A DNA stretch of 63,828 bases, filler included, from Rhabdomonas costata (GCA_019059605.1; 52 parts of 52 records of this genome joined end to end with filler, not necessarily neighbours in it); one strand, 5' to 3'. Counted from the whole stretch's first letter, positions 25,521 to 38,702 are shown. Program-made: numbers and translations. Notes: generated by a model from the letters alone, not told the origin.

Positions 25521-26296
25521 GAAACCTAGACTCGTTACGGTTCCGGTTTGCCCCGGAGTGACCCACCACGGCGAACCGGGCGCAGCTCTGCCGTTCTCAG
25601 CCACCTTTTGAAGCCTTTGCGGGCTGGTAATTGAAAAGTGAAGGAGGGCAGGCAGTTGGTTGGAAAGCCGGTTTTTTGCAGCATCGCAAAACTGTGGAAT
25701 GCGCTTACGAGAATATTCTGGTACGAACCCACNNNNNNNNNNNNNNNNNNNNNNNNNNNNNNNNNNNNNNNNNNNNTTAATTAATTAANNNNNNNNNNNN
25801 NNNNNNNNNNNNNNNNNNNNNNNNNNNNNNNNTTTGTTTGTTGACGGTTTGATGCACTCTCTCTGCCTTTGGAAAACTTGTCACGCTGAACTTCCTCCAA
25901 ATGTTTTGAGTCGGTTCCCTTCTTGCATTCTTGATCCAAGTCTCTGTGGTGAAGGGTGCCGACTCAAAACATTTGGAGGAAGTTCAGCGTGACAAGTTTT
26001 CCAAAGGCAGAGAGAGTGCATCAAACCGTCAATAAACAATATAACGGTTCCCTCTTTTGGACTCCTGACAATTCCAGGCGGTACTGCGGCACCACGGTGC
26101 AGGCGTGGGTTTTAATCGTTATTTGGTGCATCGGGATCAAAAAGGGCCCGCAACGAGGAAGCAGGTGAGGCGGGACCATACTGAAAAAGAAAAGCGCAAG
26201 CGATCGTGCGCCTGCGCTGCTGAAATCGTCATTCCAAAAAATTCCAAAAAGAGAATTGGAATGGTGAGCCATCCCTGGTCGCCCTCGGAAGCATAC

Positions 26297-26708
26297 CGAG
26301 GAGCGAACTGCGGTGACTATGGAGACGTATTTGAAGGCGATCGCGCCGGGCGCGATCTGCAAAACGCTGTACTGCAGGTCCCCTGCGGCCAGATTGGAGG
26401 CCAGCTTGAACTCCCCTGAATCGAATATACTGATACTGAAGTTGCAGTAGTACACAAACCCCCGGTAGCAGCTCGAGCTGGGGTACAGGACGTGCAAGCT
26501 AGTTGTGTTCACGGCGTAGGTGCTGAATGGTTGGTGAGTCCCGGCGGCAACGATGGCCAGGGGAGGATACCCCAGCACGGACGGATTGACGTCCATGAAG
26601 GACACGATGATCCCGGTGAGGGGGCCCAGAAAAGACAGGGTGGTGGTCCGCTCGTAGTGCAGCGAGGAGAGAACCTTTAAGGGCGTGGGCGGCAGCGAAG
26701 AAGATCCA
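26297..26708 (-). CDS. exon, hypothetical beta-rich/extracellular protein
   Basis: Long open GC3-rich stretch inside ORF 26021-26800, bounded by TGCAG| and |GTATGC. Confidence 0.6.
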
Positions 26709-27812
26709 CTGCAAGGTAACGCAGAAAGAAAGCGGGTACCGATGACAAGTGATGAAGACCCCCTCCCCGGGAAGATTAGGACCCTCAACTTGAAGGCCAA
26801 GAGAAAAACAAGCCGGGTTCAGTCAAAAATCGACTTGAGCGGGATCTCATCATGTCGTCTGCGGAATCGTGGATCTGGCGCTGCACCTGCGAACTTGCAA
26901 ATGTTCTCTTTTTGGAGCGATGCCCCCCTTCTTCCGCAGTTTGTCAGCAACCTCCAGAGCTNNNNNNNNNNNNNNNNNNNNNNNNNNNNNNNNNNNNNNN
27001 NNNNNTTAATTAATTAANNNNNNNNNNNNNNNNNNNNNNNNNNNNNNNNNNNNNNNNNNNNGGGGGGGGGCGTGCACGAGGAAGATGTCAGCGCCGCTTC
27101 GACCAGGAGGCATCACAGGCACCGCTTCTGACGAACTGCGAGAAGGCGGGGGGGCGTGCTCCAGGAGCCCGAGAATGCCTGCCGGCATTCCTGGAGCTTA
27201 TTCGATTTCCCTGATCTCCATTGAGCAGAATGGGTGCATTGCAGGCCCAGAGCCAATGGAGCGCTATGCCTGAGGTTGTCGGCGCATCGTGGTGAGCTGC
27301 CTCATCGCACCCCGCTCTGGGCGTGGCCCGCCTGCGGCATGTTGGACGTTGCGTCGACGGCTCCGATGTTCACTGGGTGCCCGGGGATATGACGACAACA
27401 AACTGCAATTTTTTCTTCAGATAGTGTCTTTTCCCTGGAAAACTCGTCCCGTGACAGGTTACTCAGATGGGCTGTCCATGCTGAAGCAGAGGAACCCTGG
27501 GCGCATTGCTTTATCTGCCAGGGTGATGAACGGTGGTGCTGGTTAGGGTCTGCACCGCGCACGCACACTCAGCTGGAGACCGGCGATTAAGTGAGTGAGG
27601 GAATGCGCGTGTGTCTGCGTGTTTGAAGCACGTTGTGTCCATGTTGTGGCTCGCGCGTGGTCTGGGCCTTTACCGCATACCACCTGACGTCCTCTCTGGG
27701 GGTCCTTCCCCGTATCGCATTTTCTGTATTGTATTCGGGTAGTCGATTGTCTCTTCTGCCTCTGTCAACGGCTGCTCTAGGAATACGCTGGGGGAAGGTG
27801 CGGGCTCCACAC

Positions 27813-28120
27813 CGGTGATGGGCATGAAGACCACCACGTTCTGCCACTGGCACCATGGGGCACGACTGCGGAAGGCGGGCACCACCGCGACAGCGGAGGT
27901 GTCCGAGAAAAGTTCGTTGCACTGCACGTCCGTTGCGGTGGTCTTGTTCAGGGCGCAGCTCCACAGTCGCAGCCGTCGAGCCTGATAGTCCAGCAAATTC
28001 TCAATGCGCATGAAAGTCTCCTCGAGAACCCCCGTGAAAGCGTTCACGTTTACACGCAGCAGGGAGACACTGGCGTAGGTCAGGGGAAGCTCAGACGCCG
28101 GGGGCTCGGAGGAGCTGCTC
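27813..28120 (-). CDS. exon, hypothetical protein
   Basis: TTGCAG| ... |GTGTGG boundaries; ...LLRVNVNAFTGVLEETFMRIENLLDYQARRLRLWSC... Confidence 0.6.
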
Positions 28121-29072
28121 CTGCAAAGAACAGGGAAGCACCATCTCCACCCGAGAGAGAGAAACAAGAACGGAAAGGAAACAACAAACCNNNNNNNNNN
28201 NNNNNNNNNNNNNNNNNNNNNNNNNNNNNNNNNNTTAATTAATTAANNNNNNNNNNNNNNNNNNNNNNNNNNNNNNNNNNNNNNNNNNNNTCGGTACGTT
28301 GGGGACAGAAACCGGCCGCACGTGACAGCAATGTAACAAAGCGTCATGTGCGGCCGGTTTCTGTCCCCAACGTACCGACCAGACTGACCAAGGGATGAGC
28401 ACAAACGTTGATACCCAACACGTCATTGCTGTGAAGAGTGGGAGATCAGGATGTCCTCCCCTTTAGGCCTTTGCCGGAGGCATCGGTTCCAGTTTTAACG
28501 GTTCCTCGTGGCGGTTACAACAGTTGGGCCGTTTTTCTTCCAGCTGAGAGGGCAAGAGGGGAAGACCCACGAATACCGCCGTGGAGATCCGGTCCCACCG
28601 CCAGAAGAGTGGGCCGAAGCCCCAGAAGGACCTCCGTGTCAGGCGTCAGCACGTGTAACCGGCACAGGGTGGCCCAAGGGCGTCCCTTGGTGGGCCGGCC
28701 TTCCGCAGGTTCCTCCCATGGCTCGCGGCTTGGAAGGCAGACGGGCAAGTCCAGGAGTTCCCCTGTGTGGCATCACCCCAGCGTGCCCATCGCGGTAGCC
28801 ACATGATGGCACCAACTGTAAGATTCTACCTTACTATCAGAAGTAGGGAGTGCATGGATGCAGTGATATGAGAAGAACAAGGATTCAGAGTAGACAAGTG
28901 ATAATCTCTCCAGAAACACATTCAAGCCTAATCCTATCGAACTTCGACACCATCAAAAAGGTTATACTCTGCCACACCAAAGGAAGGACCTCTGGTCTGC
29001 ATTGAGCGCAAAACCTGCGAGAGAGGATGGTCTCTTTGGGGTACCCCCCCCCATAAACTTGCAATAAAACCC

Positions 29073-29294
29073 TTAGCAATGGAAGAAATTATGCAGGACG
29101 TTGTACTTATTGTCTTCGGTCGCTTCGCCGCACAAGACATCCGTAAGTGGGGGGGGGGATCCAAAAGAAGCCAGCGTCTGTATACATAAAAAAGAGGGGG
29201 TACCCGAGCTCTCGGAAGGAAGAACGTCCATTGGGGTGGCCAACCAGCGCCGCCCACTGCCCTGCTCCTGGTACTCCAGCCCAAGGCTGAGCAC
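29073..29294 (-). mobile_element. degenerate non-LTR retrotransposon ORF2 C-terminus (zf-RVT-like)
   Basis: Frameshifted W..QWTFFLPRARVPPLF...RWLL, followed by LCGEATED...HNFFHC. This resembles the LINE CxxC-x-E-x-HxFxxC finger. Confidence 0.4.
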
Positions 29295-29608
29295 AAGGGC
29301 GTTCCGAGCAGGCGGCGGGACCTCCTACCGAAAAAAAAACACGACTTGTGCACAAGGAAAGCTATCAAAGAGCCAGCTCTGGGCGTCTCTCTGCGCGTCA
29401 AACGCTGGCCAAAAACACANNNNNNNNNNNNNNNNNNNNNNNNNNNNNNNNNNNNNNNNNNNNTTAATTAATTAANNNNNNNNNNNNNNNNNNNNNNNNN
29501 NNNNNNNNNNNNNNNNNNNGTGTTGGGTTTTGGGGGTGAAAGAAGAAAGCGTGATTCTCTCCGAACACGAGTAGTCGTTAAGACGAACAGTCGTTGAACG
29601 CGATGCGG

Positions 29609-30396
29609 CTAGATTCGCGACATTGTCGGTCCCTCGACACTCCGGAGGACAACAAAAACGAGTCCGCTGCCCGCTGTCAAGACGACGGTTGAGCGGCGGA
29701 TGATATCCATGGCAGCGTCCTTAAGTTCACTCCTCTTGACCTTCACCTTTGAGCCATCCGGTTGCCGCACCGAAAGCTCCGCATCGTAAACAGCTGGACC
29801 CCAACAGAGCCATTGCAGTACTAATTGGCAAGCGTTCGCAAACGCATTGGGCTTCTGAAGATTGAAACGATCCTCGAGGGTTGGGAACTTGGTCTCCTTG
29901 AGCATCTTAATGAGATCCTCAGCATTGTCAGTCTTGGCCGGTCTTATCGCTTCGACAAACATCCAACCATCAAAAGCCTGGCAGTACACTGGAGACATCG
30001 TAGTCCGCTCAGGATCCATGACTGGAACAGCGAAGCAGCGATCGATGAGTGCACGTTCACACCAAGCGCCGTGATCTTTGCCCGTTGAAAGACATTCTTG
30101 ACTAAAAGTTGACGCCTGGCCTGAGGCAGAAGCATGGACTGAAAGTCCATGTGGGATGAGGCCTCTGTGAGTGCAACGGCTCCATCCTGCTCGAAGCCAT
30201 GACCATGGCTCACAAGTCCGATCTGGTAGAAGCTGGGAAGCGAATCTCGCTCGTCTGGGCTGACCGCATACCCATGGACAGAGTACTCCACACAAGATGC
30301 CGGATTGGCGCCTTGACCTCCACCGGGAGGTGAAGCAATGGCTTCAGCCTGAAACGGAGCGACGAGGCAATCGAGCCTCGCTATCTTCGTCCCCAT
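29609..30396 (-). pseudogene. intronless ORF pair overlapping in two frames (29609-30295, 29944-30396), unknown
   Basis: ORF track. Codon style differs from the GC3-rich host exons, and no motif was recognised. Confidence 0.3.
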
Positions 30397-30941
30397 GCGA
30401 ACAAGTAATTCATTCAGCTACAAGATTTCGAAAAAGATTACACTCAGTAATGAAATGAAGTATGAAATGAATATGGTATCTGTGGCACAGCGGTTTGTAA
30501 TTGCATCCTGCTGAATGAAAAAGATCAGCGAAAATGTTGTTGAGAACCCTCTGCTTTGTGTCATTGCTACATTCGTATCACACTGGTTTTCCTTGCCTTT
30601 CTTCTTCTTGTATTTTTTTGTGCTGACTTCTGCTACTGCAAAAAACAANNNNNNNNNNNNNNNNNNNNNNNNNNNNNNNNNNNNNNNNNNNNTTAATTAA
30701 TTAANNNNNNNNNNNNNNNNNNNNNNNNNNNNNNNNNNNNNNNNNNNNATTTGTGCTGTTCAGGTGACCGAGCAAACGGAAAGTAAAAGTGGAAGTGACA
30801 TTATTTTCATACGGCAGCATTGACACCGCCCGCAACGCAAGAGACCCACTCCAATGACATGACTCACTCCTCCTCCTTTCTCAGTTTCTCAGAGGGGTCC
30901 ATAGCAGTCGCGCGTGTCTGCGGGGGGGGGGGGAGGTGCAC

Positions 30942-31606
30942 CGGGGTTGCTGCCATGCAGATCGACGAGAAACTCCGTGGCCAAGAGCACAATGTCGTCC
31001 TCCGTGGTCACCGTGAGTACCACCAACAAGTGGGACAGGAAGGTGTGGCCTGTTGGGCCCCCGCCACGACCCCGGAATGACGACCCCTACACGACCCACT
31101 CATCCACCCCGTCCCCTCCCAGTCCCCTTCCATGGGTTTCTATCATATGGTTCATCACGCGAGAAACATCTCTATTTAAATATCTTCATTCACGCGTCAA
31201 TCAATGTTTCATCCTTTCTCTGTCCCAAGCCACAGACAAGTGCAGATAGGGATCTGAGCGGCGACCCAGCACTTCAAGGAGGTAAAAGCACAGCTATCCA
31301 ACCGGTAGACCAAAAGTCGATCCACATTCGCGTGTTGCACGTCACTGCAGTCTGACCATTCACTGCCCCAAATCTGTCAGACAGGCGGATGGGGTTTGGG
31401 CCCGTGGGGAAGAGGTCACCCTTGCGTGACATCAAGATCTCAACGATTCGCGCCTTCGCGGCAGGACTGGGCAGCATTCCGACCAGCAGCTCTAGGATGG
31501 GCTTCCACACGCACAGGTCGTCCAGTACAGCAATTCCCGCGTCCAGCACGATGTTGAGGAGCGGCAGCTGGAGCTCTGGAGGGGCCTCCCGGTGCAGAAG
31601 CTCAAG
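30942..31606 (-). CDS. alpha-helical protein, exons 31606-31357 and 31049-30942
   Basis: GT-AG intron 31356-31050 joins ...DRFGAVN|GHTFLSHLLVVLTVTTEDDIVLLATEFLVDLH in matching phase. Confidence 0.7.
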
Positions 31607-32471
31607 CTGCACAGCACATCCGCACAATAACAAGCACAAGCCATCCTCTGATGGTGCAAAAAGAATGGTATCATGCAGTTGCACATGCTTAAGGTACACT
31701 GGGCACATGTTCCCACTTGAAGCGAGCAGCCAAATATGAACCCCCCAACAAAATATCTCGAATCCTATCGGTTAAGTTAAATTGTACGAGGTACGCATCA
31801 CCATTGTACCTCGCTCTACAGCAAGCAAGGTACGGTGGCCCTGCACACTTAGGCTCCAGAATTGCGACCCCACCCCCNNNNNNNNNNNNNNNNNNNNNNN
31901 NNNNNNNNNNNNNNNNNNNNNTTAATTAATTAANNNNNNNNNNNNNNNNNNNNNNNNNNNNNNNNNNNNNNNNNNNNGGGGGGGTTTTTATTTCAAAGAA
32001 AAATACTACCACTTTTTCGCTTCTTTTTGTTCACTGCGTTCCGTTTTTGTTTGCGACTCAGGTGGTTGCCAAGGGGGCGCAGTGCATTGGCCACACCGAT
32101 GTGCCAGCAGGTGCGACGACTGTTTTACCGCTAGTAAGGGACGAAATTGAACAAGGGAGTGCGGTTTGGGGAGGGGGGGATGCTGTTATGTACTCATCTG
32201 AACTCCTCCAGTCCCACTTGCACATATTGGCAGGGATGAAAGAAGGTGCCAGGCTGACATTCGCCCAACTTTCTTTCATCATCAAGACGGCCTAAGGCCA
32301 TAGCTTGAAACCTCTGCAGAGTCCCCGCCAAAGCTCAAATTACGCAAAACTCTACCACTTACCATTGTTCCATTTGCACTTTGTATTTGCCGTGGGATGG
32401 TATGTTGTTTGTGTTTTTTTGAGAGAAAACAATGCAAGAGAAATGCGATGGGTGGGTGCTTCTTTTTGCAG

Positions 32472-32690
32472 GAGTCTGCGACTTGGCCGACGTGTGCGAC
32501 GGCGTGTCTCCGCGCTGCCCGCCTCACGCGTACTCCGTGGGTACTCTGTGCCGCGCCTCTGCCGGCCCATGCGATGTCGCGGAGTACTGCAGCAGCACCT
32601 CCTCGGCTTGTCCGGAGGACGCCAAGGTCAACTCCACCGTTATCTGCCGCGCCAGCGTGGCCCAGTGTGACATCCCCGAGTTCTGCGATG
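32472..32690 (+). CDS. exon with tandem disintegrin-like Cys-rich repeats
   Basis: Three units of CR....CD..E.C...S..CP.D (CDLADVCDG / CRASAGPCDVAEYC / CRASVAQCDIPEFCDG). TGCAG| and |GTACAG boundaries. Confidence 0.88.
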
Positions 32691-34716
32691 GTACAGATGT
32701 GAAGTGTGGAGTGGAGAGGGACCGTGTGACAAGAACTAAAAGTCGGCAGCATTTGGTCCAAAAGCCGTGTTAGGGTCTGGTAACAGGTGTCTTCTCCTTC
32801 GAAAGCAGACGCGTGTTCTCGAGGTTCATGTGGAAAAAGGGCCCACATCACCCTCCTTCCAAGAAAAAGTCCTGACGACTCTCTGTGGCTTTGTGTGTGT
32901 GTGTGTTGAGTTTTTCTTCGGCATTTCGGCATGACGTCCTTCTTTCTTGTAGGTGAACATGACCTTTGCCCAGATGACCAGAAGGACCAGACGACTGTCT
33001 GCAGGTCCATGTGACGTCTTCCTGAGTCCCTTGAGCCATTTTTGTGAACTTTTGCGCACCTCTCCGTCCGCTGCTGCCGTGGTGCAGTTCCAGGCAAATT
33101 GAGCCANNNNNNNNNNNNNNNNNNNNNNNNNNNNNNNNNNNNNNNNNNNNTTAATTAATTAANNNNNNNNNNNNNNNNNNNNNNNNNNNNNNNNNNNNNN
33201 NNNNNNGGTGTTGGGGGAGGGATGCACGTGCTGCAAAATGCACTTGATGGGCACCGGGTCATGAGTTCGGGAGTCTCATGGCGGGCTGGTGGGGTGGCGG
33301 GGATGTATATTGAGTGTTTTCGTATGGTGGCAGAGGCATTAGGAGTGGTGAAGTGGAAGGAATCCAATCCATCCATCGGTGCATTTCTACTGAACTGCAC
33401 CGCCACCCTCCACAAACGTTCATGTGAACGAAATAACAGTGCGAGCGTGCCGCAAGCAGTCCTAGACAAAGAACAGCAGGTACCAAAATACCTCAAGGGG
33501 CTGACCCCCAGGCTGCTTCGACTAAACCTCTTTGTACGTGAGAGGCGGCCAGCTGAGAAAAGCAACGGGCGCAGGGGAGGGGGGGGCATACGAGTGGCGT
33601 GGATGGCAGAGGCAGAGGTGTCGGGAAGGCTGACCGAGGCGCTGGTGGCGGTGGAGGGGTGTTCCGGGGAGATGGGAATCGGCACCCCAACGGAGGAGGT
33701 CACCGTGACGTGGGGCACCCCCAGGCCCTCTGTGCACCCCCCCTCCTACACACGCACACACCATTCAGGGTTGCGGCAGAGGCAAGATCGGGATCTCCAA
33801 GACGCAAGGCATCTTTCCACACACACACACACACACACACACACAAGCGCGCACACACACACAAAGCGCCCGGTTACATCACCAGTCGCACAACGCAGCC
33901 CACTGAAGCAAATTCTGACGAAATCCACGGCAAGGACAGCAAACCATACCGACCAAAGCACGAAGTTGGCCACACGGCTGCAGAGTTTTTCAAATTTCTC
34001 CAAGGACCACAAACTGGACACAGTGTAGGACACTCGGTTTTTCAGCGGAGTTTCTGCTGAGTTCATTTCCCACGACATGACCCTACAGCGATCATTACGA
34101 ACAATGGAGAGGGATGGCGTGTACGGGGGGAGGGGGACAGCAAAGAGGGAAGGAGCAGCATACGAGCGTTCAGAGGGGACATCCTCGACAGCTGGTCATG
34201 GAGCACTGCACGCGCGCATAGCCACACATATAAGGCTGATGTCTGGAGTGTGGTGAAACACGGTTGGCGGTCGGCAAAGGGGAAACAAACGCAGTGAGGC
34301 TCAAAAAAGTGACACGCGGCGCCTGCATCGAGATGANNNNNNNNNNNNNNNNNNNNNNNNNNNNNNNNNNNNNNNNNNNNTTAATTAATTAANNNNNNNN
34401 NNNNNNNNNNNNNNNNNNNNNNNNNNNNNNNNNNNNGGGGGGTTGGTACGATGAGGGCGTCCTCGTGACCGGTTGGCCCTGGGCCCTCTTTTGCACTCTC
34501 CTGCACGAACGAAAGGACTCAGGGTGCACACATGGGAAACATAAAACAAAGCAAAACAAGACATAATAACAGTGAGAAAGGGGAAAATAAAAAGGACACT
34601 TCTGTGCTCCAGTCATGGACAGGAACAAGGATGCTCCCTTCTGTTCGGTGGCTCGCAGCTTAGCGGGCGCAGTCGAGTGGGTACACTAGATGAAGCACAA
34701 AGCAGCCCCTCCGTAC

Positions 34717-35019
34717 CTGCAGGGACTTGAGGGCAGCCTCCAGCCGTGGAATCCATGTCCCCTGCAGTGCCTCTCTCATCTGCCGAGAGACTTCGGGGTC
34801 GTGCTCGCTGATCCGCACGGTGGCCGGCAAGGGCACCTTTAGGGAGGCAAAGAAGGCCTGCAGGTCACTCTCCGGGATCACCCCCGCTGCCTCGCTGTAG
34901 AAGCGCTCCAGGGCGGGGTTGGTGTACTCGCTCTGGTTCACCCAGCCAGGGGGGCGGGGGTCCCAGGACTCCCCAGGCTGGTCCCGGGGCCTGGGCCTTT
35001 TTGGTCCACGCTTCCCCAT
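34717..35019 (-). CDS. NSUN2: tRNA m5C methyltransferase NSUN2/Trm4-like, first exon
   Basis: MGKRGPKR...NPALERFYSEAAGVIPESDLQAFFASLKVPLPATVRI matches N..FE.YY...I.P......F...L..PLP.T.RI. CAG|GTACGG donor. Confidence 0.85.
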
Positions 35020-37441
35020 CAGGGCCGATTCAGTAGTGTAGGGGAAGGGACAAAAAGTAGGGAGACCGGATGTCCGGGAACGCCTCAATAAAAAAGGAAG
35101 GTCGATAGTGGGCAGCAAGCTCGTGCAAAGCGATGATAATGACGATCGAGAATGAGAACATGGTTGGGTCAGAGGAGCCTACAGTTATGCCGCAGGTGGT
35201 GTGTTATCCTCACGGCAAGCATATTGGACCCTAGTCCTCAAGGTTTATTTGGATTACACTGACCCAGGTAAACATTGCTGTCCTGATTACCAGCTGGCTT
35301 AGTGACTAGAAACGTTTTATGCGATGTTTCACGTTTGAAGCCAGACTGTGAACTGCACATGCACCGCAAAACTAGTCGTGCATGCCTTATGTCTGAAGAA
35401 CAAGAAAAAAAAAGGTTGAAAAAAGCGCTTTTTGGCAAGTCCAGATCCGAGCAGAAATCGCGGAGTCCCGAAACCCGAAGAAACCGAAAACATCCACCAG
35501 ACAATCAACATCGCCATCGATCGGGGATCGGTACTGCGAAACCAACAACCACACACACCCAACACNNNNNNNNNNNNNNNNNNNNNNNNNNNNNNNNNNN
35601 NNNNNNNNNTTAATTAATTAANNNNNNNNNNNNNNNNNNNNNNNNNNNNNNNNNNNNNNNNNNNNGAAAGAAGAGGAACGAAAAGAATTCTCCCCTGCGA
35701 GCGACGCACTGCCGCCGAAAGAGGACGACAAGGTGAGGCGTGTGAATGGATGCCTCAAGGTGAGCGTCTTGTCGGCAGGCTGAGTTGCAACTCCATCGTG
35801 ACTGGTCTCATGAGCCAAATAAACAACATACTTTCCGGCCTCTGCCTTTCTTCGTGCCACTGGACGAGCTCTTTTGTCCTACTACGAGGAAGAAGTGCGT
35901 CCTGCCGAGTATTCTCGGCCTCCCAAGGTTCCGGAAGTTGATCAGTCGTTGCCTGTACAGAACATGATTCTGTGCCTGTGTTCTGAAGGAACTCATGCAC
36001 TTTGTCAGCCCAGTAGTGCTGAGCAAACAGCTGATCCTTAACGATCTGACTCGGCTGAGGGAGGGTGCCGTGTGCAAGCCATTGCACCAGCTCTGGAGAC
36101 TCTAACTTGATTTATTTTCGTTTTTTTATTATATTTTTGATCCCAAACTCAGGGAAATCGGTGTCCAGCAGGTTCGGTTTTGCGTGATTTTGGTGTTTTA
36201 CGCACAACCCTCAAAGACTCAACCTGGATTTTAATACCAATTGTCGAGAGCTGTGACACTGTCAATATACTCAATCAGCTTCTTCTGAATATCATGAAAA
36301 CCATTGTGTGAATGTCGCCGTGTGTGTGTGTGTGTGTGTGTCCGCGCGCGCGCGGGTTGGGCACTTCTTCACCTTTGGTGTCGCGTGAGGTGCACCTGAC
36401 GACTCCTCTCGTCAGACCCCTTCCAAGAGCATTTTCTTCATTCAGTCCAACCCTTTCTGATTTTTCTCATAGCGAACAATGGTGCGGCTTCTGGTGGTTT
36501 TTGTGTCCCGTGAGGAGCTGAACTCTGTCCGGCTTCCAGAGTTTCTCAGTGTCGCAGAGACTCTGGGCATCTCCGTGAGTTGTGAAGGTCTGTATACCTC
36601 AAAAAACCGGCTGATCTGAAGGGACACCAATGCCCGCAATGCGTAACGGGATGAGGAATGATGCTGCAGAAAGCCTCCCCCCTCCCCCTGCACGCACACT
36701 GCGCAACCGTGAAAAGCTCCTTTTACGCACCCGCGAGCGCCAAACGAAAGGAAGGGATTTCCAAAACTCGCGATGCAAAAGGCTCCACCACACANNNNNN
36801 NNNNNNNNNNNNNNNNNNNNNNNNNNNNNNNNNNNNNNTTAATTAATTAANNNNNNNNNNNNNNNNNNNNNNNNNNNNNNNNNNNNNNNNNNNNGTTTTT
36901 TGGGCACTCCGAATTTTGCATTTGATGTCATTTCTTCTTTGTGTCCTTCGCCTTTTCTGAGCGTTCGTAAAAGTAAAAGGAGAAGGACACAAAGAAGAAA
37001 TGACATCAAATGCAAAATTCGGAGTGCCCGAAAAAAACAAAAAAATTTTTTATAAAAATTTATAGTTTAATAATTTATAAATAAATAAAAATAAAAATAA
37101 AAATACGGGCGTTCAAAGCAGATGAAAAAAGAGAAAATTTACCATTGTGAGATGGGTATTACTTCGGGGGTCAAATGTTCAGAAATTTTTGTTTCACGTT
37201 TTTGGCTCTCTTCGCAATCCCCATGCTACATGCTGTCAACAAGCTTTTGTGTCAATAAAATTGGGCCCACTGCTGCGCGAGTTGGCAACAATTCTTTGTA
37301 ACGGGCACTTGGAGCATCCTCCTCCACTTTATTAAGCGTCCACGTGACCCACACCCCAAACAATTCGGACGGTCCAACCTTCTTTTCCGTTTTTCTTCCC
37401 CCTATGTTTCTTCTTCTTCACTCGTTTTTTTCTTCTTTTCA

Positions 37442-37639
37442 CAACAAACCGCATCGTGCTGCAACCTGTGGCACCTCTGCCTCTCCTTTGGGTGCAAGGG
37501 CGGGAACCCCTGGTTCGCGTGGCTGTACTTCCTCACCAACGGCCTGGTGACGGGCGGAGACTACGGCTCCACGGGCACGTGCTACCCCTACGAGATTGCC
37601 CCTTGCCACAACAAATCCGACCCCCACTGCGCCGATGCG
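37442..37639 (+). CDS. cathepsin B-like cysteine protease exon
   Basis: ASCCNLWHLCLSFGCKGGNPWFAWLYFLTNGLVTGGDYGSTGTCYPYEIAPCH carries the GCxGG, GLVTGG and CxPY motifs. This frame is absent from the ORF track, and the 5' boundary is approximate. Confidence 0.95.
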
Positions 37640-38591
37640 GTGCCGTGTGTGTGTTTATGTGTGCCGGAGAAAGGAGAAGAAGAAGGAGAAGAATGCCCCA
37701 TTTGGTAACCTTTCTGTGTCGTCATCTCAAGATTCGCCACTGAGCGAGACTCTGTTCAACCGTCCCGCACCGAGGCGATGTATGTCCCCACACAGGCACG
37801 TGCTGGGCCACGAGTTTGCGGAGCTTACTTCACCAGCACACCTGAGCGACAGCAGTGTGGCCGACCGTGAATATGGATAGGATTGGGTTTCGGTGCCTGA
37901 TAGTAATCATTCTGGTGTTTACCCTTTACAGCCAACCATTGTGTATGTGCATCCCGGTCGGCGAATAAATAGGGTGTTTGGGGTCTTATGGAGATGTTGG
38001 GAGGGTAGAGGGTGTCACTGGTTNNNNNNNNNNNNNNNNNNNNNNNNNNNNNNNNNNNNNNNNNNNNTTAATTAATTAANNNNNNNNNNNNNNNNNNNNN
38101 NNNNNNNNNNNNNNNNNNNNNNNGTGGTTGGGTCTATTCGATGGCCACAGTGCATTTTCGTTGTGCCTGTTTTCGTGGCAGTTTTGCTGCAGTTGTGGTT
38201 TTCCGTTGCGCAACGCCCCTTGCAAAACCTCCAGAGGGATGGAAAAGCATACCCGCCGGTAAACCCGTGTTCAGATCGGCGATGAGGTTTAGGATGGCGC
38301 TTTTCATGCGCGTTCATCAGCTTTCTTTGTTGGGTGGGGCCCCGCTGATGTGGAGAGGGGGGCATTATGTTTAAATGTTCAGTTTACCAAAACTGTATGC
38401 CAGCTGTGCTGCGGGCACTGGATATGATCTGCCGTTATTCATCAGCTCGTTGCAACTGATGTACCTCAAGCTACATCTTTTCTCCTGGCTCTTTATCGCA
38501 GCGCTTCCCCTGCTTCTTCTTTGTTTCCTCAGTTTTCTCGCGAGCCAGGCTTTTCTCTCTCCACACCACAGGGTACGCACTTCCCTGAAAA

Positions 38592-38702
38592 ATGCTCGAC
38601 GACTCCACCCTGGCTACGGTGTCGAACTTCATGGGCTTCTTGATCTTCCTGCTGGTGCTGCTCTACCACCACCTCACCGCCACTGCTGAGGGTCCCTCGT
38701 GA
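38592..38702 (+). CDS. OST4: oligosaccharyltransferase subunit OST4 (complete, 36 aa)
   Basis: MLDDSTLATVSNFMGFLIFLLVLLYHHLTATAEGPS* matches M.xD..L...N.xG...F.Lx.LYH. A pyrimidine tract and CACAG acceptor lie ~20 nt upstream. Confidence 0.9.
   Translation: MLDDSTLATVSNFMGFLIFLLVLLYHHLTATAEGPS

Noticed and set aside
25071-25529. ORF ending in (SP)n as a real protein
   Set aside because: The peptide is driven by the AGCCCA microsatellite, and the rest lacks exon-like codon bias.
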